A stretch of 64,000 nucleotides of DNA, taken from the NCBI GenBank assembly GCA_963816785.1, contig CAWFLL010000003.1, forward strand, positions 11,889 to 75,888, given 5' to 3'. The notes under the pieces are model-generated. The model was not told the DNA's origin. It worked only from the letters and a program-made list of their open reading frames with translations, and searched no databases. Position 1 is the first letter of the stretch; the number at the start of each line of letters is the position of its first letter. A program made the position numbers and the translations under genes. This stretch comes from an uncultured Solirubrobacterales bacterium. Lineage in GTDB: Bacteria; Actinomycetota; Thermoleophilia; Solirubrobacterales; 70-9. Shown piece by piece: positions 35,615-45,760 of this stretch.

Positions 35615-37117
35615 TCAACGTGGCTTGGTCTCCATCCGCTCCAAGCCCTGGTCCAGCTCAGCTGGTGTCGTGGCAGCCCGCGGAACCGGAACGGCGCGGA
35701 AGGTCGAAGCGGCGAGATGCAGCCGGAAGGCGATTCGCCCCTCGGCTTCGAACGCGGTTACCAGTGGATTGTCGCCCCAGCTCACGAGCCAGCCACCGTC
35801 GGCGAGCTGCCTCGCCGAGCCGCAGCAATGACTGCTTGTCACCGAGGGATCGCTGAGCCGGCCGAGATAGGTGGCAGTTCTCTGTTTCAGGTCCAGGCGG
35901 TAGGAAACCACTCGGGGCAGTCGCGGCCGGCCCGTGCCGTTGTCAAGGATGGTCAGGTAACCGTTCTGGTCGATGCGCGCGTCGTGCGGACCGCCGAACA
36001 GCCTTTGAGCCGGGTCGCCGACAACTCGCAGTGACTTCGGCGTCGCCGTGCCTCCGAGCTTCCATACGATCCTTCCGGAGGAACGATCGATGCCGTAGAT
36101 CGCATCGGTATGGCGCGCCGAAATCACGATCTGGTCTGGGCCATTCGGCTCGATCGAGTTGAGGTGAACCGGATCGAACGTGGCACCGAACCGACTCGGC
36201 TTCGCGTTGACGAGCACGCTGCGCCACCATCGGCCCGTCTCGCCGAGCCTGATGTGACGACGGGAGTTCCATCGCCAGGCCACCCGGTCCCGGGGGTCGA
36301 TTTCCTGGACCTCCGCGTATACGACCGCGCCTCGGTCCGGGGGGCGCCTCTTCTTCCAGGCGGCAACGTTCCTCAATTCGATTCGACCGGCCGGAGCGTA
36401 GGAGTCAAGCAGGAGATTGCCGTTCGGCAGCTCGCGCAACTCATGCCCGTCCGTCACGGACCCCCTTGTCTTCACGATCCGGATCAGCTCGCCGGAGGCC
36501 GAGTGGATCTCGTGGGCCATGCGCGGATCCGACCCGTATCCGTCTCCGAACGACCGAGCCCAGGCGACGGTGCCATTGCTGAGGATCTGGGCCCAGAGCA
36601 CGCGGGTGTCGGGGCTGTACCACCACCTGGGCACTCCCTCATGGTCGAAGACGATCACCCAGGGACGCGCATCCCGAGGTGCCCTGAAGCTGACCACGAA
36701 CAGCCCGGGGGTCGTTGCTCTCAGCGATTCGAACCGCCATCCGGGAAAGTCCGCGGGCAGGCAGCGCACCCAGTAGGTGCTTCTCTGACCGTCCTCGGTC
36801 ACAGAGAACGAGAAGTTCTCACCCGGGCCGACCCCCGGTTCGATCTCGGTCGTTCTGCTCTGCGCTGGTCCGGATCCGACCTCCACAGTCGCGACTCCCA
36901 TGATCCTGGCGTGTATCGGTGGGGCGCCTCGACCGCAACGGGAGACGTAGCGAGTCTCGCCGGGGTCGAAGGCCGGAAAGAGGCCCTCGACCCTGACCGA
37001 GGACGGCTGGAGCGGCTGCGCCGTTTCCATCATTCCGAACCCGCCGATGGAGACGGCAAACATCAAGCTAGCCGCAGCCAGGACGAGAATTCGCGAGGAC
37101 AAGTTTCCGCTCTTCAT
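35615..37117 (-). CDS. Secreted arylsulfotransferase (ASST)-family beta-propeller protein
   Basis: N-terminal hydrophobic segment. Pattern HELRELPNGNLLLDSY...EVQEIDP.DRVAWRWNS...FDPVHLNSIEPNG..IVISARHTDAIYGIDRSSGRIVWKLGG, as in the Arylsulfotran_2-type family (recognition by pattern only). Confidence 0.6.
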   Translation of the reverse strand: MKSGNLSSRILVLAAASLMFAVSIGGFGMMETAQPLQPSSVRVEGLFPAFDPGETRYVSRCGRGAPPIHARIMGVATVEVGSGPAQSRTTEIEPGVGPGENFSFSVTEDGQRSTYWVRCLPADFPGWRFESLRATTPGLFVVSFRAPRDARPWVIVFDHEGVPRWWYSPDTRVLWAQILSNGTVAWARSFGDGYGSDPRMAHEIHSASGELIRIVKTRGSVTDGHELRELPNGNLLLDSYAPAGRIELRNVAAWKKRRPPDRGAVVYAEVQEIDPRDRVAWRWNSRRHIRLGETGRWWRSVLVNAKPSRFGATFDPVHLNSIEPNGPDQIVISARHTDAIYGIDRSSGRIVWKLGGTATPKSLRVVGDPAQRLFGGPHDARIDQNGYLTILDNGTGRPRLPRVVSYRLDLKQRTATYLGRLSDPSVTSSHCCGSARQLADGGWLVSWGDNPLVTAFEAEGRIAFRLHLAASTFRAVPVPRAATTPAELDQGLERMETKPR

Positions 37118-37216
37118 CCAAGTCAGCTACCCGCACAGCCGCCGAAGGACACGGGAAAACGCTCGACAAAAGAGCTGCGCAGCAACGTTTGGCAAAGCCT
37201 GAAACCGGGGTACCCG

Positions 37217-37675
37217 CTAGAAGAGTCGAACCGATGCCGTCGCGAGCTTGAAGCCGTGGCCGTTGCGGCGATTGACGCACTTGACGCCGGTCATCTTGCT
37301 CGTGCAGCGGAAACGCCCCACCTTCTCCGAGCGTCCGTAGGCCAAGACCTCGCCGCTGCCGAGGAGCGTGTCTCCCGCGCAGGTGTCGTGACCTTTGCCG
37401 CGCTCGATCAGGCTCAGGCCGCCGCCGTAGTCGACGTCGCAACTCGCCGGCTTCGGAGGCGCCTTCCAGGAATGGTCCCTGATGTCACACCGGACGCCTT
37501 CCGATGTCATCGCGCAGGCGATGTTGTGGCTCGGCGACTGGAAGAAGGTGGTCCGATCCAGGATCGAAGCGGTGCCGAACGGCGCACTCGCGCCAATGAT
37601 GGAAAGCGCCAGTGCAGAAACGGCGAGAGCAGTTGCACCCCTCACATCACGGACCCTATAGCGGCCGCGCTTCAT
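37217..37675 (-). CDS. Secreted Cys-rich hypothetical protein
   Basis: Signal-like ATALAVSALALSIIGASAP. Six Cys in the mature part (NIACAM, VRCDI, ASCDV, DTCAG, FRCTS, VKCVN). Confidence 0.5.
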   Translation of the reverse strand: MKRGRYRVRDVRGATALAVSALALSIIGASAPFGTASILDRTTFFQSPSHNIACAMTSEGVRCDIRDHSWKAPPKPASCDVDYGGGLSLIERGKGHDTCAGDTLLGSGEVLAYGRSEKVGRFRCTSKMTGVKCVNRRNGHGFKLATASVRLF

Positions 37676-37711
37676 ATGGAACAGGCCCCGCTCTTGACCG
37701 ACCGATGCTGC

Positions 37712-38393
37712 CTAGGCCTGGCTACGCGCCAAGCGGTCCAGCAGCTCGGCGACGGCGCCGGGATCCTCGACCATCACGAAGTGGCCACCCTGGAGTTCGA
37801 TCGGGTCGATGCCGAGCAGCTCGCGGGCCATGAAGCGCTCGAATGCTGGCTCGAAGAGCTCGTCGTCGGCTGCGTACACCAGCGCGGACGGCACGTCGGG
37901 GTGCTCCCGTAGCGGGTAGTCGTCGGGCGGCATCGCCATCGGACGCAGGTGCTGCGCCAGCGCGCGCGCTCTCTCAGGCGGCAGCCGCGCATACATCACC
38001 TCGATGGCGGACCTCGGGGTCCCACACCGTGGTGCCGTCCGGACGGGCGGGCGGGAAATGGGATGCCCTCCCGGAACGCGGCCGGCGCCCCGGGCGGCGG
38101 CTCAAGGTCCCCATCCGCGGGCAGAGGTAGACGAGTAGCGAGACCGGCCGGGCGACCGCCACCAGCGGCCCAAGCGCCGAGCTCTGCGAGTGAGCTACGA
38201 CGACCACTGCGCCGTCCGCTTCCTCGAGCGCCTCGATCGCCGGGCGAACGCGCTGCTCGTATCCGGCGGTGGGATCGTGAAGCGGGAGGTCGGGGGCGGT
38301 CGTGTTGTGCCCGAGCGCTTCGAGCCGCTCCGTCACCGGCTCCCAGCAGAGCGGGTCGTGCCAGGCGCCGTGCAGCATGCCGAAGGTAGCCAC
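37712..38393 (-). pseudogene. Alpha/beta hydrolase, frameshifted (two breaks)
   Basis: N-terminal part MATFGMLHGAWHDP...VVVVAHSQSS (nucleophile elbow) is in ORF 37974..38393. The C-terminal part ...VYAADDELF...LQGGHFVMVEDP is in ORF 37712..37999. The middle reads in a third frame. Confidence 0.7.
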
Positions 38394-38693
38394 GGCCGGG
38401 GTATACCAAGCGCGGGGGCCCCGGGCCAGGCCTTCACGGTCCTCTCATTTTCGGCTGGTACCTGCTTCACCTCATCGTGGTCCGATTCGACGGAGGTGGA
38501 CATGAACGAGCGATCCGCACATGCTTCGCAGAGAGGGTCGATCTGGATGGCGACAGTCGATAACCCGTACTGGCCGCTCAAACCGGCACCGCCTTTCATT
38601 TCCGTGGCATCCGCGGGACTACGGAGCAGACCGACGACGAGGTCGTCGGCTACCTGACCAAGAGGATCTTGGGCATCGCGCACCGGACAGACT

Positions 38694-39296
38694 CTAATGG
38701 CGAGCTGATGGCGGAGCGCTCTTCGCCTCTCGCCACATCGTCGAGATCGTCAGCTGCTCGTCGGGCCGGTTGAACTCGCCCGCTCGGATAAATCCGTGGC
38801 TTTCGTAGCGGCTGTCGTTTCCCGGGTTGCTCGACTCCAGGTAGGTCGGCATTTCCTCGGAGTCGATCCTGGCCAGGTTGTCTGCGAGCAGGGCCATTCC
38901 CAACCCCTTGCCGCGGTGGTCGGGGTGGGTGCCGAGTAGGCTCAGGTAGTAGTGAGGCCGCTTGGTCGGGTGGGCGTTCTCGAAGCGCCCGAGCAGCTCC
39001 AGAATCTCGGAGGCGCGACGCCCCACCAGGTCGATGAGCATCGACTCGACCAAGGCCTCCTCCTCTTCGGTCAACTCAATCCCATCTGGCGGAATCCAGA
39101 CCGATGCGGCCGCATAGTCGTCGGTGGTCCAGACCCACGGATAACGGAGCGCACTGCGGATGAAGAAGCGCCACCAGACCGCAAGGCCATCCCGCTCCGG
39201 GAAGGCCCAGCTCCACAGCGGGTCTGCCTCAAAGGCCGCTGTAAGCGTTGCCGTAACCGCATTCAAATCGCGCTCGGTTGCGACGCGGACCTTCAC
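38694..39296 (-). CDS. GNAT-family N-acetyltransferase
   Basis: Acetyl-CoA binding block LGTHPDHRGKGLGMALL and C-terminal YESHGF. 200 aa. Confidence 0.8.
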   Translation of the reverse strand: MKVRVATERDLNAVTATLTAAFEADPLWSWAFPERDGLAVWWRFFIRSALRYPWVWTTDDYAAASVWIPPDGIELTEEEEALVESMLIDLVGRRASEILELLGRFENAHPTKRPHYYLSLLGTHPDHRGKGLGMALLADNLARIDSEEMPTYLESSNPGNDSRYESHGFIRAGEFNRPDEQLTISTMWREAKSAPPSARH

Positions 39297-39328
39297 GCTG
39301 AAGAGGCTACGCCGCCCGGAAGCGGGTT

Positions 39329-39622
39329 CTACTGGCTGCCCTCCGCCGTCACCAGATTCACGATCTCAGCAGTGCGCTCCTCGGGCTGGCCCGCAAAGCC
39401 CCCCTCGACGGGCATGCTTGGGATCAACTTGTCTTGAACGAAGCGGTCGGCTTGCTCCCTGGACTCCCACACGGCGGCGATGAGGATGCCCCCGTCGGTC
39501 GGCCCGGCGGCGTGGTAGGTCTGACCCTCGGGCAGACCCCCCGGAGGGTGCACCACCGCTATCGTCGCCCTGTACTGATCCTCGGTCGCGCCCGGCCAGA
39601 AATGCGACATCAGGTATGCCAT
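39329..39622 (-). CDS. Small hypothetical protein (ABM/ferredoxin-like fold suspected)
   Basis: 97-aa ORF with ordinary amino-acid composition (MAYLMSHFWPGATEDQYRATIAVV...AAVWESREQADRFVQDKL). The fold assignment is a guess. Confidence 0.45.
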   Translation of the reverse strand: MAYLMSHFWPGATEDQYRATIAVVHPPGGLPEGQTYHAAGPTDGGILIAAVWESREQADRFVQDKLIPSMPVEGGFAGQPEERTAEIVNLVTAEGSQ

Positions 39623-39770
39623 CGTTGGATCGATCCTTTCTTTTGGTCAGCCAAGCCGGCGTGCCCCAGGAGCCGCTTCGGGTCGGTCGGGCGCCGGGAA
39701 ACGTGCGACGGGCCGTGCGAGGAAGTTTAGAGTCGATTGAGGCAGGGGAGTAGCCTTAAGCGCATCGGTT

Positions 39771-39784
39771 GTCGATTAATCGAC
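39771..39784. promoter_or_regulatory. Perfect 14-bp AT-rich palindrome in the low-GC intergenic region
   Basis: GTCGATTAATCGAC, with a related half-site GTCGATT at 39732-39738, about 140 nt upstream of the acyltransferase start 39923. Confidence 0.4.
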
Positions 39785-39922
39785 CTGTCGCTGCAGATGA
39801 TCCTCGACGTCGCCGCGACTCGCCGTTCTTGATTGATTTCCGCGACGCATTGATCCCAGCGATCCGAAGCTCCTCCCGGGCGTTGTTCGGGAGATTTTGT
39901 ACCGATTCTTGGAGGCTCATCG

Positions 39923-41818
39923 ATGGGCTCATCTCCACCCGAGGGCGGGAACCAGCGTCGCCATCACCTGGATGCGATTCGCGTCTCGGCGATTCTCCTG
40001 CTGATCCCGTACCACGCGGCCCGGTATATCCAGAAGGGCCTCGGGGAAAACAGGGCCGTCGATGCCGCGGTCTGGTTCCTCCATACCTGGCACATGCCCC
40101 TGTTCTTCGCGATCTCGGGGTTCCTCGCCGCCAGTGCCCTGCGAAGGTCTACCGCCGCCGGGCAGGTTCGCTCCCGGCTTCGACGGCTGGGCGTGCCTCT
40201 GGTCATCGGGATGCTGACGGTGGTGCCATTGGCCAACTTCTTCGTGATCGAGGCGGCGGCCATCTGGCCGCGTGAACAGAAGGTCCCGGCCAAGCGGGAA
40301 CTTACCTCGGCCACGTCTTCAACCTGACGCCTCGGCACCTCTGGTTCATTGCCTACCTGCTGGTGATCTCGATGCTCGCGATCGGGGTCTGGCTGGCGAT
40401 CCAGCGGTATCCGGGGGTCGGGGCGACGATCAACCGCGGCTTTCGCACCCTGATGAGGTCATGGTGGGGGATACCGGCCCTGGCCTCGCTCAGCGCCCTG
40501 ATTCTGATCACGAAGTCCGGGTGGGTCGCAGGCGGGACCATGTCGAACTCGTTGATGCCCGTCCCGACCCTGCTCGCGTACTTCAGCCTCTTCTTCCTCT
40601 TCGGCTGGCTGCTCAGCGGCCAAGACGGCCTTATCGAAGTGCTCAAGCGGGGGGCCTGGCTGAGGTTCGCGGCGGGACTCTTGATCGCGGTTCCCGCCTT
40701 CTCCCTCTTCTACCTCAACACCGACTTCACCGGGAACGTCGGCACAGCGGGAATCCTGGCCGGAAATGGCCAACTGAGGCTCTTCGGCCTGTTCGCGGTC
40801 GGCCTCCTCTGCTGGCTGATGCTGTTTGGCGTCTGGGGCCTTCTCGCCCGCTACGTGCAGAAGGAGTCGCGCGTTCTGCGCTATCTCGCGGATGCGAGCT
40901 TCTGGATCTATCTCGTCCACATCCCCTTCCTCGTCGCGATGCAGAGCTCGCTGGCCAACACCCACCTCGAGGTCGCGCTCCGCTACACCCTGGCCGTCAC
41001 CGGCACCTTGGCTCTGGCGGCCGGGAGCTACTCACTGGTGCAGGCGGGTCGTAGGCTTTGGGTCAGGGTTGCGCGACCCCGCAGGGCGAGGCGGTTCCGC
41101 ACCACCGGGGCAGTGGCAGGGATCCTCGCCCTGAGCGTCACATTTGTCCTGCTGCTCGCGACGCCCGCTGGGGCAGCCCGCAGCCGCACCTCGCCGCCAC
41201 CGCAGCTCTTGCTCATCCATGGGGGCTCCTTCCTCTACGAAGATCCGCTCTTCGAGGCGAGGACCGAAGCAGCGGCGATCGCCGCCGGCTTCGTTCCGCA
41301 CTACTCTGAGCTATCCGCTCGACGATCTGCCCGGAGCCGTTCTCGCCGCGAGGGAAGAAGCGATCCAGCTGCGCGCACGGTTCGGCCACGACGACGTGTA
41401 CGCGTACGGGTCCTCTGCCGGCGGGACGCTCGCGGCGCTGCTCGCCGGCGATGGCCTCGTCTCCGCCGCGGTTGCAAAGGCGGCACCCTCTGACCTGGTC
41501 GGCTGGGAGTGGCCGCTCAGCACCTTCGGCCCTGACTACTACGAACGGATCGACGCCGACCCTGCGGCGCGCCGACGGCTCTCGCCCCTGCGCCGCCCGA
41601 TGAGGCGGCCGCTGCTCGTCGTGCAGGGCCGCGCCGATCGGGTCGTGCCGCTAGGTATGAGCGAGGCCTTCGCCGCCAAGTTTCGCCGCGTCAACCTCTG
41701 GGTCGTTCCAGGGGGCCACGCGACAGACCAGGTGCGCCCGTGGGTGACGCGGCGGGCGATGCGATGGCTGGCCCGGACCGCCAACCGCGTGGCGGCGGCG
41801 GCCGTGCCCTCAAACTGA
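39923..41818 (+). pseudogene. Acyltransferase-3 (OafA/OpgC-like membrane) module followed by an alpha/beta-hydrolase module, two frameshifts
   Basis: HHLDAIRVSAILLLIPYH...WHMPLFFAISG (frame of 39923). Break near 40295. HLWFIAYLL...FWIYLVHIPF (frame of 40363). No in-frame stop before LLLIHGGS. Break near 41303. Then YAYGSSAGG...VVQGRADRVVP...GGH (frame of 41144). It is unresolved whether this is a fusion or two genes. Confidence 0.65.
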
Positions 41819-41850
41819 CCGCTGGGCGGCGGTCTGGCTCTAGAAAGCGA

Positions 41851-41959
41851 TGCCGGAGGAGGGACTCGAACCCCCGACACGCGGATTTTGATCGCGCCCG
41901 GCGAGTGCGGGGGAGTGCGGGCTGTATCCGTGGCCTCCGCGGACACCCTGCTGACACCC
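41851..41959 (-). repeat. tRNA-3'-half-like repeat, copy 1 (short form, 109 nt)
   Basis: The minus strand reads GGGTGTCAGCAGGGTGTCCGCGGAGGCCACGGATACAGCCCGCA...GCGCGATCAAAATCCGCGTGTCGGGGGTTCGAGTCCCTCCTCCGGCA. Confidence 0.85.
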
Positions 41960-42145
41960 CCGAGTCGGGAAGGGGAGTCCGCCCCGTCTGGGGCGCAGAC
42001 CGCCAGCTCCACCGGCGCTGCTCAAACCCGCCGCCGCCGACGGGCCATGGTTGAGTTCTTCCGTCGCGCGGCCGCGTCCGCGCAGCCGACTAACTAAGCC
42101 GTCCGCCAGCGGCCGTACGACATCCACCCGGTCGGTCGTGCCGCA

Positions 42146-43606
42146 CTACGAGTGCGGCTCATCCCGCTCCGCTGCCGCAGTCGCGTCTATGACCGGTGCC
42201 GACCGCCGGCCGGCGCCGCGGCTTGGCTCGGACGGCCCCAGCTCCAAAAAGGAGCGCTTGATGCCCTCCGCGAGCACCCCCACGTCGGGCGCTGCCATGC
42301 GGTCGGCGTTGAGGCCGAAGACCATCTGGCCAGCGTACGTGACGACCGCGATGCCGATCGTGTGGCCGGCGAACAGCGGTACGAGTGGGAGGACCTCGAC
42401 CAGGGGAGCGCCGAACGCATACAGCCGTTGCTGGGACGCACGGACGTTCGTGATTGTCAGGTTGAACATCCGTGTCCCACCGAACATCGACCGGGCGAGT
42501 AGTGCGCCGGCAAGTGGCGGCCCCATATCGGCGAGGTCGACGATGGTCCTTCCCCCGGCCCGTTGCGAGCCGGACTTGAGCTGCTCCGCGCGCTCGACGA
42601 CGCGGCGGTAACGCGCGATCGGGTCCGCCTCGGTCACTGGCAGATCGACGAACAAGGACGTCAGCTCATTGCCGAGCGCGTGCTCCCTGTCCTCTGATCG
42701 GATGTTCACCGGCACCTGGGCCCGCAGATTGCCCTCGGGCAGCGCGTCACCGCGGGAGAGCAGCAGGTGTCGCAGCCCACCAGTACAGAGCGCGAGCACG
42801 ACGTCGTTGACCGTGCCACCAAGGCGCGTCTTCATCGCCTTGACGTCGGCAAGGTCCAGCCGCACGGTGTCAAAGAGCCGCGTGCCGCTCATCGGCCCAT
42901 TCAGGCTCGACTGCGGCGCCCCGATCACCTCCTCGCGTGCGATCAGCTCGACGGCCGCCCGCGCGCGATCAAATGATTCGCGCGGGTGTAGCGCCGCACC
43001 GACGCCGGCCCGCGTCCCGCGCAAAACCAAGCCGGGCGACAGCCAGAACCGGCCAGTGCCGTGCTCCCCGACCTCCCTACCGCCCCGTGGGGGCTGCGAG
43101 TGCGGTGGCAGAGCCTCCGGGGAGGTATCGAGCAGGACGTTCCCGATGTCAATCGAGCCGACGCCATCCACGAGACAATGGTGCGTCTTGGTCGCCAGCG
43201 CCCAGCGCCCTTCCTCAAGCCCGTCAAGTAGCGTCATCTCCCAGAGCGATCGGTGGCGGTCCAGGCGGTGCGACCAAAAGTCCCCAAGCCACTCGTGCAG
43301 CTCGGCCGCGCCGCCCGGCGCCGGCAGCGTTGCGCGATGAACGTGGGCATCTGGGTCGAACCCCTTTGCCGGCTCCCAGGTCAGCCACGTGAGCGGACCC
43401 GCATGGGGACCAGAGAGCTGCTGGGTAAAGCGCGGCAGATTTTCTATCCGCCCGCCCACGTAGTCGCGGAGCTCGGTGATGTCCGGCGTCCCGCCGCTGG
43501 GGAGCGGATCGAAGATGAGCGCCGCGCCGATGTGCATGTGCGCGGTGTCGTCGAACTGCTCAAGCTCGAGGAACATCGTGTCCAGCATGCTGAGCTGCTC
43601 ACCCAT
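42146..43606 (-). CDS. Wax ester synthase/diacylglycerol acyltransferase (second copy)
   Basis: HHCLVDGVGS (HHxxxDG) and N-terminal LDTMFLELEQFDDTAHMHIG. 486 aa. Confidence 0.9.
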   Translation of the reverse strand: MGEQLSMLDTMFLELEQFDDTAHMHIGAALIFDPLPSGGTPDITELRDYVGGRIENLPRFTQQLSGPHAGPLTWLTWEPAKGFDPDAHVHRATLPAPGGAAELHEWLGDFWSHRLDRHRSLWEMTLLDGLEEGRWALATKTHHCLVDGVGSIDIGNVLLDTSPEALPPHSQPPRGGREVGEHGTGRFWLSPGLVLRGTRAGVGAALHPRESFDRARAAVELIAREEVIGAPQSSLNGPMSGTRLFDTVRLDLADVKAMKTRLGGTVNDVVLALCTGGLRHLLLSRGDALPEGNLRAQVPVNIRSEDREHALGNELTSLFVDLPVTEADPIARYRRVVERAEQLKSGSQRAGGRTIVDLADMGPPLAGALLARSMFGGTRMFNLTITNVRASQQRLYAFGAPLVEVLPLVPLFAGHTIGIAVVTYAGQMVFGLNADRMAAPDVGVLAEGIKRSFLELGPSEPSRGAGRRSAPVIDATAAAERDEPHS

Positions 43607-43773
43607 GGCCTATCACTCCCTCGTGATCTTGAGGTTGACCATAGCGCGAGGGACTCCACATCGGGCGTCCCCCGCGTAGCGGCCCGTGCTTCTCACGTCG
43701 CCCTTCACTCAAACAGCGTAGGCGCCAGGCTCCGCCGCATGTCTGTCCCCACGGCAGCGATCGCATAACTGGC

Positions 43774-43872
43774 GCCCGGAGGAGGGACTCGAACCCCCGA
43801 CACGCGGATCATGATCGCCCCCGCGCGTTGCGGGCTGTATCCGTGGCTTCCGCTGACACCCTGCTGACACCC
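43774..43872 (-). repeat. tRNA-3'-half-like repeat, copy 2 (short form, 99 nt)
   Basis: Same ends as copy 1. The acceptor-like end has one extra C (GCCCGGAGG on the + strand). Confidence 0.85.
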
Positions 43873-44094
43873 GCCTGGCGACAAAGGAAAGGCTATAACC
43901 GGGCGCTCGACCTCGTCGCCATCGCGTCCACGACCGAAGCCAATCTGTGCGCGAGAGAACGGCGCCAGCCAGCCCCATGCCTTGACACTCGGTGAGCGGC
44001 CGATATAGGGTCGCAATCAGTGCATGATCAGGATTGGGTTCCTTTCGGGACTTGATCGCCACTCCTCGCCAGACGCCCTGAGATAGAAGAGACG

Positions 44095-44853
44095 ATGCTC
44101 AGAAAGTTGGACCCTCGTCGCTCCCCAGGGACATTTGTCGCAGTAATTGCCTTGATAGCTGCGCTAGGGGGGACGGCTATCGCCGCTGGCGGCCTGACCG
44201 GCACCCAGAAGAAGCAGGTGCGGAAGATCGCGACAAAGGTCTTCAACGGCAGGATCGGAGGGGCCTCCGTCGCCCACGCGGGTACCGCCGACACGGCGAC
44301 CAAAGCGACGACAGCCGACACGGCGGCCAAAGCGACCACGGCAACGACTGCGACCAAAGCGACCACGGCAACGACTGCGACCAGCGCCGATTCCGCCGAT
44401 ACCGCCGACAACGCGACCAACGCCACCAACGCCACCAACGCCGGCAGCCTCGGCGGGATTCCGGCGAGCAGCTATCAGCGGGCTTGCCAACCTGGCGCGA
44501 TCGCCGCCCACGTCTACGTGAAAGGCTCGGCGGCCTTCTCCGCCACCTACACCAGCACCACCCCGCCGCTGCAGGACCCGTTCAACTGCACCGGCGCCGC
44601 GACCAAAGCGCAGGTCAAACGCACCGGGACGGGCGTCTACCTGGTGGACTTCCCTGGAGTGGACCCCGTCACCCACCTGGTCGCCACCGGGACCGCGACG
44701 GTCGATTCGGTGGGCACCCAGCATCCCGAGGACAACGTCACCTACAAGCTGGTGTTCGACGCGGGGCTCGGCCGCACCGTCTACCAGGTCGAGATCGCGA
44801 ACGGTGCAGGGACCCTCTTGGATCGGGAGTTCTCGTTCAGCGTGGACGCCTAA
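44095..44853 (+). CDS. Secreted protein with Thr/Ala tandem repeats and a tail-fibre-like C-terminal domain
   Basis: Hydrophobic N-terminus FVAVIALIAALGGTAIAAG, then GLTGTQKKQVRKIATKV, ADTATKATT repeats, NATNATNATNAGSLGGIPASSY. Confidence 0.6.
   Translation: MLRKLDPRRSPGTFVAVIALIAALGGTAIAAGGLTGTQKKQVRKIATKVFNGRIGGASVAHAGTADTATKATTADTAAKATTATTATKATTATTATSADSADTADNATNATNATNAGSLGGIPASSYQRACQPGAIAAHVYVKGSAAFSATYTSTTPPLQDPFNCTGAATKAQVKRTGTGVYLVDFPGVDPVTHLVATGTATVDSVGTQHPEDNVTYKLVFDAGLGRTVYQVEIANGAGTLLDREFSFSVDA
44287..44385 (+). repeat. In-frame 27-nt tandem repeat (about 3.6 units)
   Basis: Units start at 44287, 44314, 44341 and 44368 (partial) and encode ADTATKATT/ADTAAKATT/ATTATKATT. A 9-nt AACGCCACC repeat follows at about 44417-44441. 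Confidence 0.85.
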
Positions 44854-44867
44854 GAACACTCCTTGAG

Positions 44868-44947
44868 TGCCGGAGGAGGGACTCGAACCCCCGACACGCG
44901 GATGTCGGGCTGTATCCGTGGCTTCCGCTGGCACCCTGCGGCAGGGT
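44868..44947 (-). repeat. tRNA-3'-half-like repeat, copy 3 (shortest, 80 nt)
   Basis: The core is identical. Only a 10-nt loop lies between CGGAT and ATCCG. One of the two 9-mer direct repeats is missing. It starts 14 nt after the stop of 44095..44853. Confidence 0.85.
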
Positions 44948-45090
44948 CGAGATGTCCGCGATACGGCTATAGAGTCCCTGACGGTGAGGCGCTTTTTGTT
45001 GGCCCTAGTTCCCGTGTTCGGCCTGCTCGTAGTCGTTGTACTGAAGGCGGTCGGCGAGGATACTCAAGTGACGGGCGAGCGACAACAAAC

Positions 45091-45543
45091 ATGAAGAAGG
45101 CGACAACAACCATGAAGAAGAGGAAGAGCGGCTCGAAGCAAGGAAAAGGCGGAGACTCTCCCTCTCAGCTGATAGATGCGAGAATCAAGGAGCTGAGTGA
45201 TTGGCGGGGCGAGACGCTCGCTCGGGTCCGAATTCTCATCAAGCAGGCCGACCCCGACGTGGACGAGGAGTGGAAGTGGAGAGGGGTTCCGGTGTGGTCG
45301 CACGCCGGAATGATCTGCACCGGAGAGACGTACAAGAATGTCGTGAAGATGACCTTTGCCAAGGGCGCCTCGTTGGAGGACCCTTCAGGCCTCTTCAACT
45401 CCAGCCTCGAAGGCAACACCAGGCGTGCCATCGATTTCCATGAGGGCGACAAGATTGATGAAAAGGCGTTGAAGGCGCTCATTCGCGCCGCCGTGGCACT
45501 GAACACGTCCTCAGCCGGCCAGCGGCCGGGGACGAGAACATAG
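45091..45543 (+). CDS. DUF1801 (YdhG-like) domain protein
   Basis: ATG 45091 within ORF 44863..45543. EWKWRGVPVWSHAGMICTGETYKNVVKMTFAKGASLEDPSGLF pattern. Local GC is only about 50%. Confidence 0.75.
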   Translation: MKKATTTMKKRKSGSKQGKGGDSPSQLIDARIKELSDWRGETLARVRILIKQADPDVDEEWKWRGVPVWSHAGMICTGETYKNVVKMTFAKGASLEDPSGLFNSSLEGNTRRAIDFHEGDKIDEKALKALIRAAVALNTSSAGQRPGTRT

Positions 45544-45728
45544 ACGACCGAGAGGGATTTGAGGCGGAGTGGGTGAGGCTCCTTCCCGAACGCCTCGAGG
45601 TTGGTGCCCTGGACCGTTCCGACGATTGCCCGAGCCACGACCGCTTTGTTCTCCCAGGAGGCCGGATCCCCCTCCCGAATAGGATGCTCGCCCTTGCGCT
45701 GGCACCCTGGCAACTTCCCCCGACCACG

Positions 45729-45750
45729 AAAAAACCCTGCCTGAGCGGGG
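45729..45750 (-). terminator. Intrinsic terminator just downstream of repeat copy 4
   Basis: Minus strand CCCCGC-TCAG-GCAGGG (one C-A mismatch) followed by TTTTTT. Nearly identical to the terminator after copy 7. Confidence 0.6.
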
Positions 45751-45760
45751 CTTTTGTCGA

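Noticed and set aside
38333-38683. 116-aa minus-strand ORF in the gap between the hydrolase pseudogene and the GNAT gene
   Set aside because: Its 3' part overlaps the hydrolase start region and no family was recognised. It could be a small gene in this lower-GC patch, but I cannot support it.
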